Part shown: positions 6,755 to 10,676 of the stretch, one piece after another
How the letters are laid out: every line of letters starts with the position of its first letter
Numbering within the stretch: the stretch's first letter is position 1
NCBI GenBank assembly: GCA_048882385.1
Contig: JBHLRQ010000105.1
Coordinates: 1-10,676 of the forward strand
Direction of reading: 5' to 3'
From: Candidatus Thorarchaeota archaeon
GTDB taxonomy: Archaea; Asgardarchaeota; Thorarchaeia; Thorarchaeales; Thorarchaeaceae
Length of the DNA stretch: 10,676 nucleotides
Made by a program: the position numbers and the translations under genes
Notes under the pieces: model-generated
Told to the model about the DNA's origin: nothing
The model's input: only the letters and a program-made list of their open reading frames with translations
The model's database searches: none

Positions 6755-7921
6755 TTAGTATAAGGTCTGTATGAATTCGGACAAAGCTGCAATACCTTCC
6801 TGAATATCAGTCAAACTTGCGGCATATGAAAATCGAAGATGATTGTCGTAGTATTTCCCAAAAACTATACCAGGAGTGGAACATACTCCAATCTTCTGGA
6901 GGATTAATTCCGCGAGGGTATTACTGCTCAACCCTACCGCTGAGAAATCAGGAAATACGTAGAATGCACCTTTAGGATTTACACAGTTCACACCGGGTAT
7001 CTTGTTTAATAATTCTGATATCACGTTGCGTCTTTCTTGGTAATCCGTAATCATTCTATCTATTGAACTCTGGTCACCAGAAAGAGCTTCGACCCCTGCG
7101 TATTGAACAAACGATGTCGCGCAAGAAGTTGTATTTTGCTGAATAAGCACCATGTTGTTAATTGTCTCTTTATTACCAACCGCAAACCCGAGACGCCAAC
7201 CTGTCATCGCGTAAGTTTTTGACAGCCCATTGATAACCAATGTTCGTTCTAGACTTTTGTCTACGTCAAGCATAGAGGCATGTTGAAAACCATCATAGAC
7301 AAGAGCTTCATAGATTTCATCTGAAAATATCACAAAGTCACGATCCTCGGCCAAATCAAAGATGAATTTCAGTTGGTCTCGAGACAGAATTCCACCGGTG
7401 GGATTGTTTGGTGTATTGATAATCAATGCTGTAACAGACCTTGAAGCTGCGTTCTTGAGCGCTTCTTCATCAAGTACGTAATCATCTGATGTGTTAACAT
7501 CAACTGGTTTAGCTCCCGCAGTTCTAACCATAACTCGATATGTTGGCCATCCTGGAGCAAGTAAGAGAACATCATCTCCAGCATCAAGAGTACTAAGAAA
7601 TCCTTGAAACAAAGCCATCTTCGCCCCAGGAGTAACAACCACATTCTTTCCGCCATCAATCTCAATACCACGTCGACTATAGAATTCCTCAATCGCTTCC
7701 AATAGAGAGGGTATTCCTCGAGAAGAAGTATATCTAGTATATCCTTTCTTCAGAGCTTCAATTCCAGCATTAACAATGTTGTCAGGAGTTGGGAAATCTG
7801 GCTGACCCACTTCAAAATGAAAAATACGTCTACCTTCAGCTTCCAATCTATTAGCTAACTCAAACATCTTGAGCGTACCAGAGGGCGGAATTCGTTCCAT
7901 GGTATGAGAAGTCCAATCCAT
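6755..7921 (-). CDS. aspC: PLP-dependent class I/II aminotransferase (aspartate aminotransferase-like)
   Basis: GQPDFPTP, YTSSRGIPSL, VVVTPGAK, INTPNNPTG, SDEIYE, PLP-Lys motif NGLSKTYAMTGWRLG, PKGAFYVF, LRFSYA. Start placed at ATG 7921 behind SD AGGTG (the track uses GTG 7930). Substrate specificity is assumed from the family. Confidence 0.93.
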   Translation of the reverse strand: MDWTSHTMERIPPSGTLKMFELANRLEAEGRRIFHFEVGQPDFPTPDNIVNAGIEALKKGYTRYTSSRGIPSLLEAIEEFYSRRGIEIDGGKNVVVTPGAKMALFQGFLSTLDAGDDVLLLAPGWPTYRVMVRTAGAKPVDVNTSDDYVLDEEALKNAASRSVTALIINTPNNPTGGILSRDQLKFIFDLAEDRDFVIFSDEIYEALVYDGFQHASMLDVDKSLERTLVINGLSKTYAMTGWRLGFAVGNKETINNMVLIQQNTTSCATSFVQYAGVEALSGDQSSIDRMITDYQERRNVISELLNKIPGVNCVNPKGAFYVFPDFSAVGLSSNTLAELILQKIGVCSTPGIVFGKYYDNHLRFSYAASLTDIQEGIAALSEFIQTLY

Positions 7922-8024
7922 GTGAAACACCTTGATATGACCAATGCGTGCAATCTATGACTGCAGTAGGATTCAAAGCAGATTCAAAAGGTATGATAAA
8001 GTCTTTCGTGACGCATATTTTACA

Positions 8025-8849
8025 TTAGAATCGGCAGAGCCGTTCAAGCTCGTCTATCTGATGTTGGGTGCCATTGACTCGAATAAGATCAGGCAGAATC
8101 TCCCCATAGCCTAGTTTGTGTGCAGCTTTGAGATAAGAGATTTTCAGAGGGTCGTAGCCTAACAGGCTAGCACAATAGGCATCCACTGCAACTGGATCAG
8201 TTCCAACAACAACTCCACCAACATGTCTTACTCGATTCTCCATCCTAGCACCAATGACCAGTTGAGTAATGTCAATTATAGATAGATGAGGTCTGTAGAT
8301 TGAAAGAATATCAATAAGGACGTCATCAATTGATTTGTGATAGACACTTTTGTCAACTTCAGGAAGAAGCCCAAGCAAATTCTTGATCCCAGCTCCGACT
8401 GTACATATCTCAGGCTCCTCTTTCAATGTTGCTGCATTAATCAGAAATCCTCCAAGACTAAGAATAGCAGGCATTCTGCGAGCCTTGAAGAAATTTCCAG
8501 GGAATGAAATATCAACCATATCCACGACGGAGAGATTGACTAACTCAACATTCTGTCCTTTCAGTTTGTCATAACCGCTATGAGAAAAAGCATCAACAGC
8601 TGTTCGTATTGGAGTATCGCTCTCAACTATTTGTACTAGACCAAGCGACCCAAACATTCGTGCAATGGATTGAACAATATTCACATTAGTGTTTCCGGGT
8701 AATGATGGATCATAGATGGATGGTTTGATGATAAATCGCTCAGTGTTTTTTGGAGGGATTAATGGGGCAGATAGTTTAGAGAAAGCTGTTTTCAGAGCTT
8801 CTCCTGGGCTCCTTTTTACACCTACAGCAATCTCAGATGTGAAATCCAT
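8025..8849 (-). CDS. DUF362-domain protein (divergent)
   Basis: FIIKPS, IVESD, ELVNLS, INAATLK, GIKNLLG, LSIID and GTDPVAVDAYCASLLGYDP...YLKAAHKLGYG match the DUF362 layout. No ferredoxin domain is attached. Confidence 0.85.
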   Translation of the reverse strand: MDFTSEIAVGVKRSPGEALKTAFSKLSAPLIPPKNTERFIIKPSIYDPSLPGNTNVNIVQSIARMFGSLGLVQIVESDTPIRTAVDAFSHSGYDKLKGQNVELVNLSVVDMVDISFPGNFFKARRMPAILSLGGFLINAATLKEEPEICTVGAGIKNLLGLLPEVDKSVYHKSIDDVLIDILSIYRPHLSIIDITQLVIGARMENRVRHVGGVVVGTDPVAVDAYCASLLGYDPLKISYLKAAHKLGYGEILPDLIRVNGTQHQIDELERLCRF

Positions 8850-8874
8850 GATGACTTAGTACAAAGGTCCAAGG

Positions 8875-8881
8875 CTTTAAG
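8875..8881. promoter_or_regulatory. Candidate shared bidirectional TATA element (CTTTAAG/CTTAAAG)
   Basis: Near-palindromic element about 26 nt from the DUF362 ATG (8849) and about 28 nt from the ThiF ATG (8909). Confidence 0.45.
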
Positions 8882-8908
8882 TGAGCCCCTGTGTTCATGT
8901 ATAGCGAG

Positions 8909-9931
8909 ATGAAACTAACAGACGAACAACGTGATCGATATTCGAGAATGCTTGCTCTCCGAGATTTTTCAGAAGAAGAAATGGAAATAGTCATGAATAC
9001 AACAATTGCACAGATCGGTGCTGGAGGCCTAGGAAGTCCTTCACTTCGTCTTCTTACCGCTTTAGGTTTCGGTAGAATCAGAATCATTGATCGCGACATC
9101 GTAGAACTCTCAAATATCCAAAGGCAGACCGTATTCAATACCGAAGATATAGGTATGCCAAAAGCTGAAGCGGCAGCGGCAAATCTAGGTTTGATGAATC
9201 CAGAGGTCAACTTCGATCCCATCTGTGTTTCAATCTCAAATGAGAATGCGATTGATGTGTTGAAAGGTGCAGACATCATTGTCGATGGATTAGATTCGTT
9301 TGCGGCTCGAAGAGCAGTTAATAGAGCTAGTCAAGCATTAGAAATCCCATACGTATTTGCAGGAGCCGTAGAATATTATGCAAATCTGACAACGTTTATT
9401 CCAGGTAAGACAGGTTGTTTGCAGTGTGTTATGGGAAATGCTCAAGATAATCCCGAGAATACATGTGCACGTGTCGGAGTGTCACCAACTCTACTCTCTC
9501 TTGCAGCCTCTGCACAAGTAAATGAGGTTCTACAACTTGCGCTTGATAGGGAAGCTGCATTAGCTAACCGGTTAATGACCATTGATACTAGTTCTCTTAG
9601 CTTTGATTTCTTTGACATTGGAAAGGCTACTGATTGCAAAGTTTGTTCAGAACCTGTCAAGTATTCTCCGAGTGGAGCTAATGAATTAAGAGTCACTCAG
9701 CTTTGTTCTCAAAGCTTCAACATTGCACCAGAGAAATTGATGAGTCTCAACTTGGAAACCCTTGCAGACAAACTTGAATCAAGTTATACTGTAAAAAGAA
9801 TGAAACGATTCCTAGTCATAGAGACACCAACTGAGATAAAGATCACAATCATGCCAGCTGGCAACCTCGTAGTAAAGGGAGTATCCACTGCTGAAGAGGC
9901 CACTAAGCTCTTCCATGACATTATTGACTAG
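8909..9931 (+). CDS. moeB: MoeB/ThiF/HesA-family E1-like adenylyltransferase with C-terminal TBP-like extension
   Basis: RYSR, IGAGGLG, DRDIVELSNIQRQ, GMPKAEAA, DIIVDGLD, Zn-binding pairs CLQC and CKVC, catalytic-position Cys in NTCARVGV. Start could be 8891, 8897 or 8909. The symbol denotes the family; the pathway is not established. Confidence 0.92.
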   Translation: MKLTDEQRDRYSRMLALRDFSEEEMEIVMNTTIAQIGAGGLGSPSLRLLTALGFGRIRIIDRDIVELSNIQRQTVFNTEDIGMPKAEAAAANLGLMNPEVNFDPICVSISNENAIDVLKGADIIVDGLDSFAARRAVNRASQALEIPYVFAGAVEYYANLTTFIPGKTGCLQCVMGNAQDNPENTCARVGVSPTLLSLAASAQVNEVLQLALDREAALANRLMTIDTSSLSFDFFDIGKATDCKVCSEPVKYSPSGANELRVTQLCSQSFNIAPEKLMSLNLETLADKLESSYTVKRMKRFLVIETPTEIKITIMPAGNLVVKGVSTAEEATKLFHDIID

Positions 9932-9935
9932 CTTG

Positions 9936-10676
9936 CTAGTCACCAAAGAATAGTCGACGTGCACGTCTTCGCCTCTCCTCTTCGTCTTCGTCACTCTCAG
10001 GTGGTGGGGGCGGTGGAGGAGGTTCAGTTATAGGTTCAGGTGAATCAGTTTCTCCCAATTCATCTAAATCTGCAGGCGGTGGTACATCATCATAATATGA
10101 ATCGTCTAACTCATCAGTTGGTAGTGCTGGTTCTTCTGAAGGAGTGAGAACAGTAGGAGACCCAAGAGAAATAGGTTCATCAAACGGCACTCTTTCTTCT
10201 TCAGTTAGTTTTGATATGGTTTCAGATTCATCTTCTTCTTCAGCTTCAATTTCGCCCTCAAATTCATCGGTGACAGGTATATCTTTTACAGGAGTAACAG
10301 CTTTCTCGTAATCTGCCCATGTGAATGAAGGTTTTGTCTCCGATTCTTCTTCAGTCGGAGGAACTTCCTCAACATCAGCAGACGAAGGTTCTACAACGAG
10401 CGGAGAAGGCTCAACGAGCTCAAAGTCAGATGTGAACTCCCGAGGTGGACTGTCAAGTGAGAGGTCATCCATCTCTTGTTCATCTGAGCGACCAACTGAT
10501 TCTATTGTAAGATCATCTTCAGATTCTTCTAGGACAACCTCTTCAATAGGAGGTGGAGCTGCTTCATATCCGGATGGAACAGGTTTGTCTGCAGCAGCAT
10601 CTTCATCCTCAACGAAGGTCAATCCAAGATCGTCTTTCAGACAAGATTCACAACGTTTTGCTGCAGCAATGAGGCC
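9936..10676 (-). CDS. Hypothetical protein (5' partial) with a long acidic Pro-rich disordered tail, Pro8 tract and basic/hydrophobic C-terminus
   Basis: The frame is open beyond the track start at 10622 to the window edge (GLIAAAKRCESCLKDDLGLTFVEDED...). It ends EPPPPPPPPESDEDEEERRRRARRLFFGD*. Confidence 0.85.
   Translation of the reverse strand, partial: GLIAAAKRCESCLKDDLGLTFVEDEDAAADKPVPSGYEAAPPPIEEVVLEESEDDLTIESVGRSDEQEMDDLSLDSPPREFTSDFELVEPSPLVVEPSSADVEEVPPTEEESETKPSFTWADYEKAVTPVKDIPVTDEFEGEIEAEEEDESETISKLTEEERVPFDEPISLGSPTVLTPSEEPALPTDELDDSYYDDVPPPADLDELGETDSPEPITEPPPPPPPPESDEDEEERRRRARRLFFGD

Noticed and set aside
7970-7988. Direct repeat GATTCAAA twice upstream of the aminotransferase
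   Set aside because: Only two 8-nt AT-rich copies, which is not enough to call an operator.
9926-9941. Perfect inverted repeat GACTAGC-TT-GCTAGTC between convergent genes
   Set aside because: Mostly explained by both genes ending in Asp-TAG (GAC TAG). The 2-nt loop and lack of a T-tract make a terminator doubtful.
5452-9994. ORFs 5452..5736, 7423..7692, 8350..8574, 8833..9279, 9442..9696 and 9812..9994
   Set aside because: Shadow ORFs lying within or opposite confidently assigned genes.

Overview
Gene-dense archaeal chromosomal window. GGTGA/GGAGG Shine-Dalgarno motifs, TATA-like promoters and the gene style suggest an Asgard archaeon such as Thorarchaeota (inference only). The left arm (minus strand) is an acyl-CoA/lipid cluster: nitroreductase, an uncharacterised protein with two ribbon-helix-helix-like (RHH) ends, an SCP2 lipid-binding protein, 3-hydroxyacyl-CoA dehydrogenase, a terminator-like hairpin, then an enoyl-CoA hydratase that runs off the left edge and is missing from the ORF track. 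In the centre (plus strand), a 440-bp repeat- and hairpin-rich intergenic region precedes a 46-aa CdrS-like RHH regulator, also missing from the ORF track. It is followed not by ftsZ but by two tandem full-length paralogs of unknown function that share seven cysteines (RGCPCYK...CSEC) and a long helical C-terminal half. This is the best candidate for an undescribed system. The right arm has a YkgJ-type CxxCxxCC protein, a class I PLP aminotransferase, a degenerate DUF362 protein divergent from a MoeB/ThiF E1-like enzyme, and the acidic, polyproline-containing C-terminus of a protein that extends past the right edge. No tRNA, rRNA, CRISPR array or mobile element was seen.
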